Numbered from the stretch's first letter, positions 42,548-55,160 are shown. The stretch: 64,000 nt of DNA from Octopus vulgaris (GCA_951406725.2 OX597816.1:92318001-92382000), one strand, 5' to 3'. A program made the numbers and translations. Notes: generated by a model from the letters alone, not told the origin.

Positions 42548-42619
42548 TGCCGTGACCAGGATTCGAACCTGGGTTACCACGGCCACAACGTGGGGTCCTA
42601 ATCACTTGACGATCACGGC
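42548..42619 (-). tRNA. trnH-GTG: tRNA-His(GTG) sequence, probably a retroposed copy or pseudogene
   Basis: GCCGTGA-TC-GTCAAGTGATTAGGAC-C-CCACG-TTGTGGC-CGTGG-TAAC-CCAGG-TTCGAAT-CCTGG-TCACGGC-A. Acceptor, anticodon and T stems are perfect. The D-loop GG is changed to GA. TTTT lies 13 nt downstream. Confidence 0.88.
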
Positions 42620-42679
<60 letters not shown>

Positions 42680-42727
42680 TCATAAATATATTGTATATAT
42701 CTGTATATATGTCTATATGCTGTGAGT

Positions 42728-43608
42728 CAATGGGCAGACGGAAACAAAATGCAACTGAACGAGGGAAAGTTTGAGCTGATGCATTTTGGAAGAAATTCCT
42801 CACTAAAACAGCCATAGTCTCTTCCTTCAGGGGAACTGCTCACAGCCCCTAACAATATCAGAGACCTGGGTGTAATTGTTGATGACGATCTCAGTTGGAG
42901 TGCACACATCAACAAGAAGGTCGATATAGCTCGTAGGATGAGTTCCTGGATCTTAAGAACTTTCCGGTCCAGAGAACAAGGTGTCATCATACCACTTTTC
43001 TCCTCCTTTGTACGGCCACACCTCAAATACTGCTGCCCACTGTGGTCTCCTCATACAAGACAAAACATCTCGAGGATTGAATCACCCCAGAGAGCACTCA
43101 CTAAACGAATTGAAGGCATGGCTGCTCTCGATTATTGGGATCACCTTAAAGCCTTGAAACTCTACTCTCTCCAGCGTCGCCGTGAGCGGTACATCATTTG
43201 TACGATGTGGAGATTATACCGCCAACTTTACCCAAACGACCTGAACATTAGCTTCAAGGTTCATCCAAGACTGGGACCACGGGCCATACGTCCCCTGCCC
43301 AATTCAAGATCACAGCATACATGTACACTACAACATAATTTATTTTCCTCAACAGGCCCTGCCCTATTTAACATTGTCCCGAAAAAGATCAAAGAGGAAC
43401 AGGATCCCATCAACTTTAAACGGAGTCTGGATAGGTTTCTTCAAGGAATACCAGATAAGCCACCCATAATTGGATACAACTCACCCAACAAAAACTCACT
43501 ACTTGAATGGACAATAAACAAAACTTGACTTAAACAGGATTCAAATAATCTTATCACTTAGACATGGCCTGGACCAATCATTGGTCGAAACATATCTAAG
43601 TTTATCTA

Positions 43609-43613
<5 letters not shown>
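42728..43613 (+). mobile_element. Young 5'-truncated CR1-group LINE (RT C-terminus plus 3' UTR)
   Basis: One frame with a single internal stop: QWADGNKMQLNEGKFELMHFG..IRDLGVIVDDDLSWSAHI..FVRPHLKYCCPLWSPH..IESPQRALTK..LKLYSLQRRRER..FKRSLDRFLQGIPDKP. A 3' stem-loop and an (ATCTAAGTTT)-type tail repeat follow, then (TA)n. Confidence 0.9.
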
Positions 43614-43683
<70 letters not shown>

Positions 43684-43756
43684 GTATATATGTATATATA
43701 TATATATAAGTTTATATATATATAAGTTTTTATATATATATATATATATGTATATA

Positions 43757-44183
43757 CTCATACTCTCATTTACTCATTTACTTGTTTCAGTCATTTGACT
43801 GCGGCCATGCTGGAGCACCGCCTTTAGTCGAGCAAATCGACCCCGGGACTTATTCTTTGTAAGCCTAGTATTTATTCTATCGGTCGTTTTTGCCGAACCG
43901 CTAAGTGACGGGGACGTAAACACACTAGCATCGGTTGTCAAGCAATGCTAGGGGGACAAACACAGACACACAAACATATACATACACGTATATATATATA
44001 TATATATATACATATATATACGACAGGCTTCTTTCAGTTTCCGTCTACCAAATCCACTCACAAGGCATTGGTCGGCCCAAGGCTATAGCAGAAAACACTT
44101 GCCCAAGATGCCACGCAGTGGGACTGAACCTGGAACCATGCGGTTGGTAAGCAAGGTACTTACCACACAGCCACTCCTGTGCC

Positions 44184-44184
<1 letters not shown>
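43757..44184 (-). mobile_element. CORE-SINE (octopus OR-like), young copy
   Basis: Very close colinear match to 9356-9780, embedded in (TA)n. Confidence 0.88.
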
Positions 44185-44242
<58 letters not shown>

Positions 44243-44247
44243 ATATG

Positions 44248-44291
<44 letters not shown>

Positions 44292-44296
44292 TATAC

Positions 44297-44333
<37 letters not shown>

Positions 44334-44336
44334 TAC

Positions 44337-44367
<31 letters not shown>

Positions 44368-44459
44368 CATACATATATATATACATATATATATATGTAT
44401 CTATATATATGTATATATATATATATATATATATAAATATAAATATATAAACATATATA

Positions 44460-44539
<80 letters not shown>

Positions 44540-44597
44540 AAGGCCTAGTTGACGAGTGTCCTGTCTTGCCTTCGAAACACGCCTGAGTTAACTAGCG

Positions 44598-44640
44598 ACA
44601 GCTGATGACGGGGGATTTTTCCTTGTGTAGCATGTCCTGT
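44598..44640 (+). ncRNA. Variant hammerhead-like motif (GUAG in place of GAAA), copy 1
   Basis: ACAG-CTGATGA-CGGGGGA-ttt-TTCCTTG-T-GTAGC-AT-GTC-CTGT. Helix I is ACAG/CTGT, with helix II and a GUC triplet. Confidence 0.45.
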
Positions 44641-45356
44641 ACTTGTTGTAAATTTTTGTTTTTCCCGTTTCTACGTCTTGTTGTGGTGTCCTGTACTTAC
44701 GTATATTTATTTATATATGCATGTATATATACATGTAGATGTAGGTACGTACATATATGTTTGTATGTATGCATATATTTTTATTTATTACATTATTGTC
44801 TGACAGCGCCTCGCGTCAGGTTCGTTTCGATTTGTCGGTTCGTTCCACTTCTTGTCTCCATTTAATTTTTATATAAATATTTAAGACGCGAAATTCTGTC
44901 CCTTTGCTTTACCCTCTCCACTCTCTCTCCCTCTCCCTCTTTCTCTTTTCTCTCTCTTAGCAGCGTGTCCCCCTCTTCTTTCCTTCTTTCTCACTGCCAG
45001 CCTAAAATTTCTTTCTTTCGCACACTGCCTCTGCTACTGAAAAGTCATGCTTTCCACACGCTGCCACACATCTTTCGTCTAGCCAAAAAAAGGCCTTTTC
45101 GTTTGTTTGTTTTTTCTCATTTGTTCTCTTGTTTGTTTGATTTCCCGTATTGTATTCCCTTTTTATTTCTCGTCTTGTATTTTTTTGTACATGTATTTTT
45201 ATCTTGTATTTTATTGTGCAGTTTTATTGTTACATCCTGTTTGTGTTCTTACCCGTTTTACCCCGCTGCTTGGAATTTTATTTTAATTCTCTCGCAGGAA
45301 GGCCTAGTTGACGAGTGTCCTGTCTTGCCTTCGAAACACGCCCGAGTTAACTAGCG

Positions 45357-45399
45357 ACAGCTGATGACGGGGGATTTTTCCTTGTGTAGCATGTCCTGT
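45357..45399 (+). ncRNA. Variant hammerhead-like motif, copy 2
   Basis: Identical to 44598-44640. Confidence 0.45.
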
Positions 45400-45673
45400 A
45401 CTTGTTTTCTTGTAAAAAAGTTTTGGATTTTTCCTTGTGTAGCATGTCCTGTACTTGTAAATTTTTGTTTTTCCCGTTTCTACGTCTTGTTGTGGTGTCC
45501 TGTACTTACGTATATTTATTTATATATGCATGTATATATACATGTAGATGTAGGTACGTACATATATGTTTGTATGTATGCATATATTTTTATTTATTAC
45601 ATTATTGTCTGACAGCGCCTCGCGTCAGGTTCGTTTCGATTTGTCGGTTCGTTCCACTTCTTGTCTCCATTTA

Positions 45674-45721
<48 letters not shown>

Positions 45722-45729
45722 AATAAATA

Positions 45730-45793
<64 letters not shown>

Positions 45794-47704
45794 GTATATG
45801 TATATATATAAACAAAATATCGAAAAACAATGAAGTAAACATTCAGAAGCTAACATATATTTAGAATGGTTATTTATAAGAAGGTATATTTGTATGTGGT
45901 TGCTAGCTTGGAAGACATGAAGAGAAAGTCTATAAATTATTCAGCGTATTGATATTTTAAACTTTTCTGGTGTTAAATAAGTATCTCATAGAGATTGCTG
46001 TTATGCTGACCAAGTGAAAAAATATCAATAAACCTGCATTTTATTAAAGTTTTTCTTACATGAACTATGAACAAGACTTGTTTCTAGAAGCTAAAGAATT
46101 TGAAAAAGTATTGGAAGCATTATTTGTTTGAACCATATTTCAGGTTTAATATGAAAAGAAAAATAACATTAAAAAATTGCAAATAATAAAAAAACGAACC
46201 TTGAAACCCCTTGCACAAAATTTAAGCTTGTAATTTATTGCCAGTGAGGAATTTGATATATGGTTATAGTAATTGCATGTCTGTTTGAATAAATATTATT
46301 TTCAGATATAACTTCTTCACATGGCAAACAGGTTTATAGACGCCTGTACAAAGATGTTATGAAATTAAATATTTAGACCAAGTTAGGACTATTGGAAATT
46401 TAGCTTTCCAGCACAAGCAATAAAGATGGTATGGCGTAAAATAAATCCGCTCATCAATTCATAATTTGGGAGCTAGGTATACGATAATTTATCATTTTAA
46501 AGTATTTCACAATTTGTTATATATAATAATAAATGTCTTCAAATATATTTCGGAAAAAATGAGAAGTTACATGTGGCTCATTGCTTCATTTTCGAGTTAT
46601 GAAATGCTAAAGGTACTTACAAACCAATACATAGAGTCACATATACACACACTCAAAGTCTTACGAAGGTACATACAAAGAAACATACGTACATAAGTCC
46701 AGCGCTAAAAACAATATCTTCGAGACATGATTAATACTAATTACAAATCGACAATCACAACAGATTTGAAGACACTAAAACGGAACGCAGAACGAAAAGC
46801 GAGTGTGTGCAGAGTATCTGAGTGTGAGTGTGTGTGTGTGGTGTGTATGTGTATGTGTGTGCGCGTGTGCTTATGTGTGTAAGGCACCTCACTTTGCTCA
46901 GATGTTGAATATCATGAAACACTTTTATGAAAATTAAATGACTTAACTTTTAGCCAATATTTATCCAGTGCATTTTGTGCTCAATTATATTTACAATTAT
47001 GTTTTATTCTAATGGCAGATTCAGAGCTAAAGTTGAAATATTTCAGATTTTTATGATTTGTGAAAATTTTGATATGTTTAGTGATAATTTCAAACGACTA
47101 TTCTTAGGTTTTACTTTATATATATTCTTACAACCCCAAACTGATCCGCAATCCATAGAAAAGAAGCAATTCTAACAGAATGACGTTATATTCAGTAAGG
47201 TCCCTAGGGTAGACAACATCTCTTATTTCGTGATTTGGTGCATTGAAGAAGAGTTACTTGCTTATCTCAACATGTACGCATACAATTTGGGATTGAATGT
47301 GAGATAAATTATCAATTTTATCATGTCAACTTCAGCAACTGATTGGTGTCGACAGTCATAAAAGATGACGGTGTTACTGGATAGAAGGCGTGAGCTGAGA
47401 TAAAATATCTTATGGTATGAGTGAATTGCGTAGAATAAAAACACTTTATATCCTGACACGAGACGTCATTTTGGTTGTTTTGATCATAGAGGAGAAAAAT
47501 ATTTTTATTGCTACTCTTATACTCTTAAATAGTTCTGGTGCTTCCAAATACCCATCAACATAATGGATGCTTTATACTCTGAGCTGCAGATTGTGAAGAG
47601 GGACATCAGTGGACTGGAGAGAATTAAGAAACTATTGTATAAATTAACTGGTTCTATCAAGGCTTGTTGAATAATGATGGAATTAATATATGTGTGTATA
47701 AGGA

Positions 47705-47860
47705 GGCGAACTGACAGAATCGTAACCGCAGTGGAAAAAATGCTTAGTAGCATTTCATCTGAATTTATGTTCTGAGTTCAAATGCCTTCAGGATCGACTT
47801 TGTATTTCATCATTTTGGGGTCGATTTGAAATTGCTGGCCGTGTGCCAAAATTTGAAACC
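47705..47860 (+). mobile_element. tRNA-derived SINE, second family, internally deleted
   Basis: Head GGCGAACTGACAGAATCGTAA..GAGTTCAAAT and tail GGCCGTGTGCCAAAATTTGAAACC. Confidence 0.7.
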
Positions 47861-48045
47861 AATCTATATGTGTGTATTTATATTTATATACAGAGAGAAA
47901 GAGAGAAAGAGAGAGAAAGTAAGAAAGAAAGAGAAAGAGAGAGAAAGAGAAAGAAAAAAGAGGGAGAGTGAGAGAATATGTAAGCTGACATTGCATTAAC
48001 ATAACATCTATTATATTTTGCGACATACGGCATATATATATATAT

Positions 48046-48197
48046 ATTTCTCTCCTTGTTTCTTTCTGTGTTCCTTTCTGTGGAAGAGCGTAGGCTCGAA
48101 AACTTAAAGACTTTTTCAATTCCCGAGCGTTATACTAATGCATCTGTTTGTTTTCTACACCACCTGTCTTCGTCTTTTGTATTTTTTCGTGAATTCT

Positions 48198-48201
<4 letters not shown>
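48046..48201 (+). mobile_element. PLE-type tail unit with degenerate minimal hammerhead
   Basis: CCTTT-CTGTGGA-A-GAGC-GTAG-GCTC-GAAAAC-TTA-AAGA plus the family tail, between (TA)n tracts. Confidence 0.65.
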
Positions 48202-48263
<62 letters not shown>

Positions 48264-48493
48264 AGGAGAAAATGGAGAAACACATCTAAATCAAATATCA
48301 ATTACCAGATAATACTCAATCACATACTTTATTAAACCACCACATAAGAGACTGTAGGGCTAAATATAAAAAGCAGAACAAATCAGCGTACATAAAGGAA
48401 TGTACATAAAAAGTGTACATAAAAGAGTAATGTTGTATAATAATTAGAATATATATAAAAAAGAATATAAATACAAGTAAATATAAATATAAG

Positions 48494-48636
48494 CATACAT
48501 TAGATCTTACAGCTGTTTCGGCCATGTCGATAATTATGTCTCATTTTACCAATATTAGCCCTTTATGGTTGGTCAATATATAGATATAAATGAGACATTA
48601 ACAAAAATATCACAAGGCCTCTTCGGAGATTATGTA
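48494..48636 (-). ncRNA. Hammerhead motif, left-arm copy
   Basis: Reverse complement of 49198-49338. Confidence 0.65.
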
Positions 48637-49197
48637 ATATAACACAGTCTACACATATACCCACATGAGTGTGGGTGCGTACCCACAATACAACATATAT
48701 ATATACATATGAGTGTATATACTCACACTCCTATACATATAAAAAAAATATACATTTACATAATGATATAAATAAATAATATAAATTAGTAAACATAGAT
48801 ATGTGTTCCACACCAAATGTCTCAGTTTTTCGACTTAATATTGTGATAATAAACATACACAAATTGATATCTAGATGTAAATATACATAGTCAATAGTAC
48901 ATAATAGTTTCCAAAGTTATGAAGTAATATAATGTACTATTGACTATGTATATTTACATCTAGATATCAATTTGTGTATGTTTATTATCACAATATTAAG
49001 TCGAAAAACTGAGACATTTGGTGTGGAACACATATCTATGTTTACTAATTTATATTATTTATTTATATCATTATGTAAATGTATATTTTTTTTATATGTA
49101 TAGGAGTGTGAGTATATACACTCATATGTATATATATATGTTGTATTGTGGGTACGCACCCACACTTATGTGGGTATATGTGTAGACTGTGTTATAT

Positions 49198-49338
49198 TAC
49201 ATAATCTCCGAAGAGGCCTTGTGATATTTTTGTTAATGTCTCATTTATATCTATATATTGACCAACCATAAAGGGCTAATATTGGTAAAATGAGACATAA
49301 TTATCGACATGGCCGAAACAGCTGTAAGATCTAATGTA
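49198..49338 (+). ncRNA. Type I hammerhead motif, long helix II, helix III C-AGCT-G, GUA site (core CCGAAGA)
   Basis: TACATAATCT-CCGAAGA (49208-49214)-GGCCTTGTGATA...TATCGACATGGCC-GAAAC-AGCT-GTA (49315-49326)-AGATCTAATGTA. Helix I is ATCT/AGAT, extended by TACAT/ATGTA. Confidence 0.65.
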
Positions 49339-49754
49339 TGCTTATATTCATATTTACTTGTATTTATATTCTTTTTTATATATATTCTAATTATTATACA
49401 ACATTACTCTTTTATGTACACTTTTTTATGTACATTCCTTTATGTACACTGATTTGTTCTGCTTTTTATATTTAACCCTACAGTCTCTTATGTGGTGGTT
49501 TAATAAAGTATGTGATTGAGTATTATCTGGTAATTGATATTTGATTTAGATGTGTTTCTCCATTTTCTTATCTTCTATTAGTAATTTGTGGTAAATCATT
49601 TTACCTTTGCCCATATAATACAGTAAATGAATTGATTGCATCGCAATCATTAACATTTATGTATTAACTTTGTTGGGTAATTCACTAGCAGTACATTGGA
49701 TATACGTTATCCCATAGAGGGTTGCATTTACAACCCCTATCTCAATTTGTATAC

Positions 49755-49811
<57 letters not shown>

Positions 49812-51314
49812 CGCAATGCATGAATATATAACGGACTGTTTTATCGTTGGTGGAATCAACTAATAATGTACAAGTGTGTTGAGTAGCATCGAAATTTAAT
49901 TGTACATTACTTTTGTGATATTAGAAATGCTCAAAAATTCATACAAATACACATTTACAATATTGTGTGTAAATCTAAGTAAATCTGTTATTATAATTAA
50001 TTGATAGAGAAAAGCAACACGCTTCCTGCTTGTTAAGAAATGTTATATCACTGAAGAAAACAGTAACAAAATTTTCAAAATACATCATTTTTACTTTTAA
50101 TTTTGGCATCTAATTTCTCTGCTAAACATTTTCTTTGCTGCCTTTAAATCGAAGCTGCTGATAGAGTAGAAATATTCTTGTTTCTACTTCACCTGTAAGC
50201 AAGTGATCTGTGCACAAAAAGTGGAGGAAAAGCAAAACCAGTTAGTGAATAACCTGACGCTTGCATTCATTACAATTATTTATCATTAATCGTCGTGTAG
50301 GCATGATACTAGAAAAATACGAATTTCTAGACATTCTTGATGTAACGAGATCCTTTTTTTTTTTATAGAAGATAAACGTTAAATCGAATATTTAACATTC
50401 AACACGCTCTAATTCCGATTCACTTTAAATAATTCATTCTATTTTTAAAAATCTAAATTTGATTATTTATTCAGAACTTCTTGAAGCAACATAATTCAAA
50501 AGGTAAATTAGAAATAAATTAATGACTTCGGAGTATAATGATATAATGTTAATGAAGTAATGTATGCAATCTATACTTGGGTGTATTGAAATAGTTCAAT
50601 ATGTGTCTAGTTCTATGTTGCGGCAACATATCTTATGTAGTTGGTTAATGCGTATTGCCATAAGGATAGCTGAATTGTATGGAACTCAGAAGAATCTGCG
50701 AACTAGGTCAGATTCTGTTCAAATGAAAATATTCATATTGATCAGAATCTGTGAAGTATTATATTCATATAAATCGAATTAAATAAATGTATAGTGACTA
50801 TATTTTGTTTCATTCTTTCATTGAAATTTCGATTAAATATGCATATGGGCTTGTGTACGTGTATGTATATGTGTGTGTATATGTATATATCTAAGTTTCT
50901 CTTACGAGCGTGCTGTGTGGGAGATTATACGTGCGTTTGCATAATAAAATATACACACTTAAAGATTTTAAATCGAATTGCTCTTATCTTTCATACTTTT
51001 TAACGAACTGATAGGTTAGTGGTAGAAGAGTTATATAAATTTGAGTTAGCTAAGATATAGCATAGGACACACCGAACTTTCAAATTCTTACGTAGTTATC
51101 ATTAGAGTAAAGACGTTCAAGTGCTTATATTTATTAGTTAGAGGTAGCTAAACATTAAGGAATCCACATCATAAATATGATAGTACTGGCATGGTATTAG
51201 CGATGAAATTCCAGAGAATGAACCTCAATAAGAAAAGTTGGCGAGGATGCTGTTTATTTCTATGAACTCGTTTAGATACCTATTCGTTTGATATAGATGA
51301 GTACATGATGTAGG

Positions 51315-51605
<291 letters not shown>

Positions 51606-51617
51606 CCTTCATCATAT

Positions 51618-51673
<56 letters not shown>

Positions 51674-52932
51674 GTATCTATCTATCCATCTATATATATA
51701 TATATCGAGAGAGAGAGAGAGGAGAGATTGATACATAGTCATATTTTCAAGAATGGGTATTATTTTGCGGGTATGTGTTTGTATGTGAGTGTGTGTGTGT
51801 CTCTCTCTCACTCACTCACTCACTCACTCACTCTCTCTCTTTCTCTCTTCCCCTCTCTCTCCCTCTCCCTCTCTCCCCCTCCCTCTCTCCCTCCTCTCTC
51901 TCTCTCTCTCTGTATTGTTTCTTCAAGGCTTCGAGGATTTGTACGAGTAATGATCCGAAGGGATGATATAATACTATCAATGCCAACGATAGCAATTTTA
52001 GCCCACCGCAGGACACTTTTTACCATGACAGACTATGTTATATTACACGAACATATACCCTATTCAAATAAGCAGGTACTGTTGCGTTCACATAACCAGT
52101 TCCAGTAGAATACAACTATAAATTTATGTATAAACGAAGCAAAATATTTTGATGTAATAACTACTAACATGACGCTAAATACCATCAGCCGTTTAATCTG
52201 TACTGCTTCAAAGAAGCTATCAACGAAGACTGGATTGTGACATATACCTTTCAACAATCGACATCCGCCTTAACTATTGTGAAGTTGTTCAGTTCATTAC
52301 ATGTCAGAAAGTTTTATCCGTACAAAGATACAATCAGTTCTTGAAACAATTTCATGACAATTTCTCGTTGCAATCAGTTAATTAGATAATGTAATCTCAA
52401 CTAACATGCAAAGATATTGCAAATAAAGTCCCCTTTGTAAAGTTATGTACGCAATTTGGGATGCATAACACACATATATGAATCACATTATCAAAAAAAA
52501 AACTAACATAAATATTATCCAATCCCCAGGCAGCTTTCAGTTGATTATTATGAAACATTGTGAACTTACTTTGGAACGGTGACTATACATACATACATAC
52601 ATACATACATACATACATACATACATACATACATACATACATACATACATACATACATGCATACATACATACATTTATGAATGCATAGATAGATACATAC
52701 ATACATGCATACATAGATACATACATGCATACAAATATACAAACATTCATATATCTTAAGCTTTCTCAAAAGTTATTAACTATTTCAAAAGAACCTTTTG
52801 GAATAAAATTTTCGTTTTGTGTGTAATCATCGTTTCAGTCGTTCAACTTCAAGCCCACGTGTGGTATACATACACACATAAGCATACAAACGCGCTTACG
52901 CACACACACACAGATGCACACACACACATGTA

Positions 52933-54137
52933 TCTTATACATAAACGGCAATTTCTATTTTTTTGTCTGCCTGTTACCAGCTTCCTGCCTACACCAGTGA
53001 ACTAATCTTCACAAAACTTTGCATACATGTTAAACTAACATCCAGTTCAATTATAACTTAATTAGATTTCAATAAAAATCTATAATGGGCTCCGTAGCGG
53101 CGGGGACGTTCGTGTGTGGGAAATATAGTGGTATGGCGAGTGTGACTGATATCAGGGAAGGGAAGAACAGCGTTTATAAGCGAATAATATGGCAGTACGT
53201 TAGTAGCGTTAATATAACTGTCATAAACACGCGACGCTGCATAGATACTTTCGTAAATACATAGATACATGAATACACACACACACACATGCGCATAAGT
53301 AACTTTTTAAACGCCGAGGAAGGGAAAAGAGGTGGGTGCGAGGAATACGTAGCTTTAAGGAGATAGGGAGTAGATGGCTTTTCTGTTGTCCATCACAAAG
53401 AAATACTCTCTTCTCACACACACACATACATATACATACATATGTACATATATACATACAAACATGTCTACTATACACCCTTGATTACCTGTGTGTACGC
53501 TTGTAAATGTGTGTGTTTCAATGTGTGTGTGCGTGTGAGTGTGTGTGTTACGTCATATAAGTGTCTGTCTCTCTAGTTTTGTAGACTCTTCCCTGTTGCT
53601 GTCACATATTGTGAGATTTTAAAATTTCCAATATTGAATTAATTTAAAATTTCCAATATTGAAATAATTTTCGACGTTAAATCTGATTTTGATATTTATT
53701 TGTTCCCGAAAAATTGCAGAAAACTGCTACTGAGGTCTAAAGTTTAATCAATTTTAACTAATCAGAAAAAAGGATTTGAAAGCTGGCATTTTCTGCACGA
53801 TAGCTGTCTATTTCAAAATGAAAGCAAAATCATTTTGAGGTGTAATTTTTATTAAACAAATGAAAGCAAAGCATTACAGCGACCAAAGTTGTAAGAACTT
53901 CAGAAGTTTTAATAAGTTTTAATAAAGTCGAGTAAAACTACTGAACAGACATGTAAATCATTTGAAATGGAAAAAAAACCCCACCTCAATGAAGGTTTTT
54001 TGCAAAAAATTGCACAAATCTGTCCTGATCAACAGACCTATCTGTTGTGGAAAGCATGGTCTGACATGGAATAAACAAACATTTATATGAGACATTGAAT
54101 TGAAAAAATTACCCGGCAACGACGGTCTATTCAGCTA

Positions 54138-54138
<1 letters not shown>
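52933..54138 (+). mobile_element. Probable non-autonomous Helitron (about 1.2 kb)
   Basis: 5' end A|TCTTATACATAAACGG..ATCTTCACAAAACTTTGCATACATGTT. 3' end has an imperfect hairpin ACCCGGCAACGACGGT, then CTATTCAG-CTAA|T. That the two ends belong together is inferred. Confidence 0.5.
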
Positions 54139-54220
<82 letters not shown>

Positions 54221-54924
54221 TGTGTGTGTATGCATATACATATGTCTATATAATCATACATATATATTTTAGAGACAAAGATGTAAATTTCGAACGTATT
54301 ATAGCCGCGAAAACAGCAGTAAGACTGTACTTTTAACCCTGCATTGTCTTTAAAATACAGATCACAAATTAGACGCTCCAAAGTTTGTTTACAAAATGTT
54401 GTCGCATTCCAAAAGCTATTTCACATTTAATTTCAGGGAGACTGCTGTCAGTTTAGATTAATGGTAGAGAACTCAGCCGGTATTTGAGTGGTACGTTTTC
54501 GAGACCTGTTTTCGTTTCCTGTCAACTTTTTCCCCGTCCTATGAGAGTAGAATACCCAGTCTTTCTGCTGTTTCCACGGCTAAACGGCGTTCGAAGTTTA
54601 TTTTTTTTACCTATAAAATAGGAACCACATTCAACGCTTCCAAAGTTTGTTTACAAAATGTTGTCGTATGTACATACATACACACGCATATACGCATGCG
54701 CGCGCGTGTATATATATATATATATATATGTATGTATCTCTCTCTCTTCATATATATACATATATATATATATATAAGTAGTTGAATGAATTATCCTAGT
54801 ATGGATAATTCGGTTAACCGATACCCGGGTAGCAAATTTACGTCAGAAATCAAGGTTGAAGCTACATGCCAAGGGCACAAATCACGTGCTTTCGTGTGGA
54901 AATTTGTGTGTTTTTTTACTACAA

Positions 54925-55160
54925 ATAAATGAAAGAATGGAGTCGAACGACGATTTAACAAAATTCATTTATTCTCGACATATGTTTCGAAGACTGCATA
55001 TTCTCAATTCCGAAGGAATAAAGGGTGCATTATGCCGCCTTCTCATCAGAAGGCGGCATAATGCACCCTTTATTCCTTCGGAATTGAGAATGTGCAGTCT
55101 TCGAAACATATGTCGAGAATAAATGAATTTTGTTAAATCGTCGTTCGACTCCATTATTTC

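Larger units (their letters stand above)
44537..45677 (+). mobile_element. Non-coding element with direct terminal repeats (pLTR/retrozyme-like), period 759 nt
   Basis: 44537-44868 is repeated at 45296-45677. The copies are near-identical and the second has an extra internal ~33-nt duplication. The middle is pyrimidine-rich. Each repeat carries a hammerhead-like motif, and (TA)n lies on both flanks. Confidence 0.85.
48267..49568. repeat. 1.3-kb head-to-head palindrome of an HHR-bearing PLE-type unit
   Basis: Arms 48267-48902 and 48932-49568, about 5 differences by eye, 29-nt spacer. Confidence 0.95.

Noticed and set aside
44598-44640. Box C/D snoRNA or SECIS reading of TGATGA plus hairpin
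   Set aside because: No D box (CTGA) or SECIS GA quartet at the right spacing. The helix I plus GUC arrangement fits a hammerhead derivative better.
53616-53668. Short tandem duplication TTTAAAATTTCCAATATTGAA x2 (also an 11-mer tandem at about 63967-63991)
   Set aside because: Ordinary slippage duplications.
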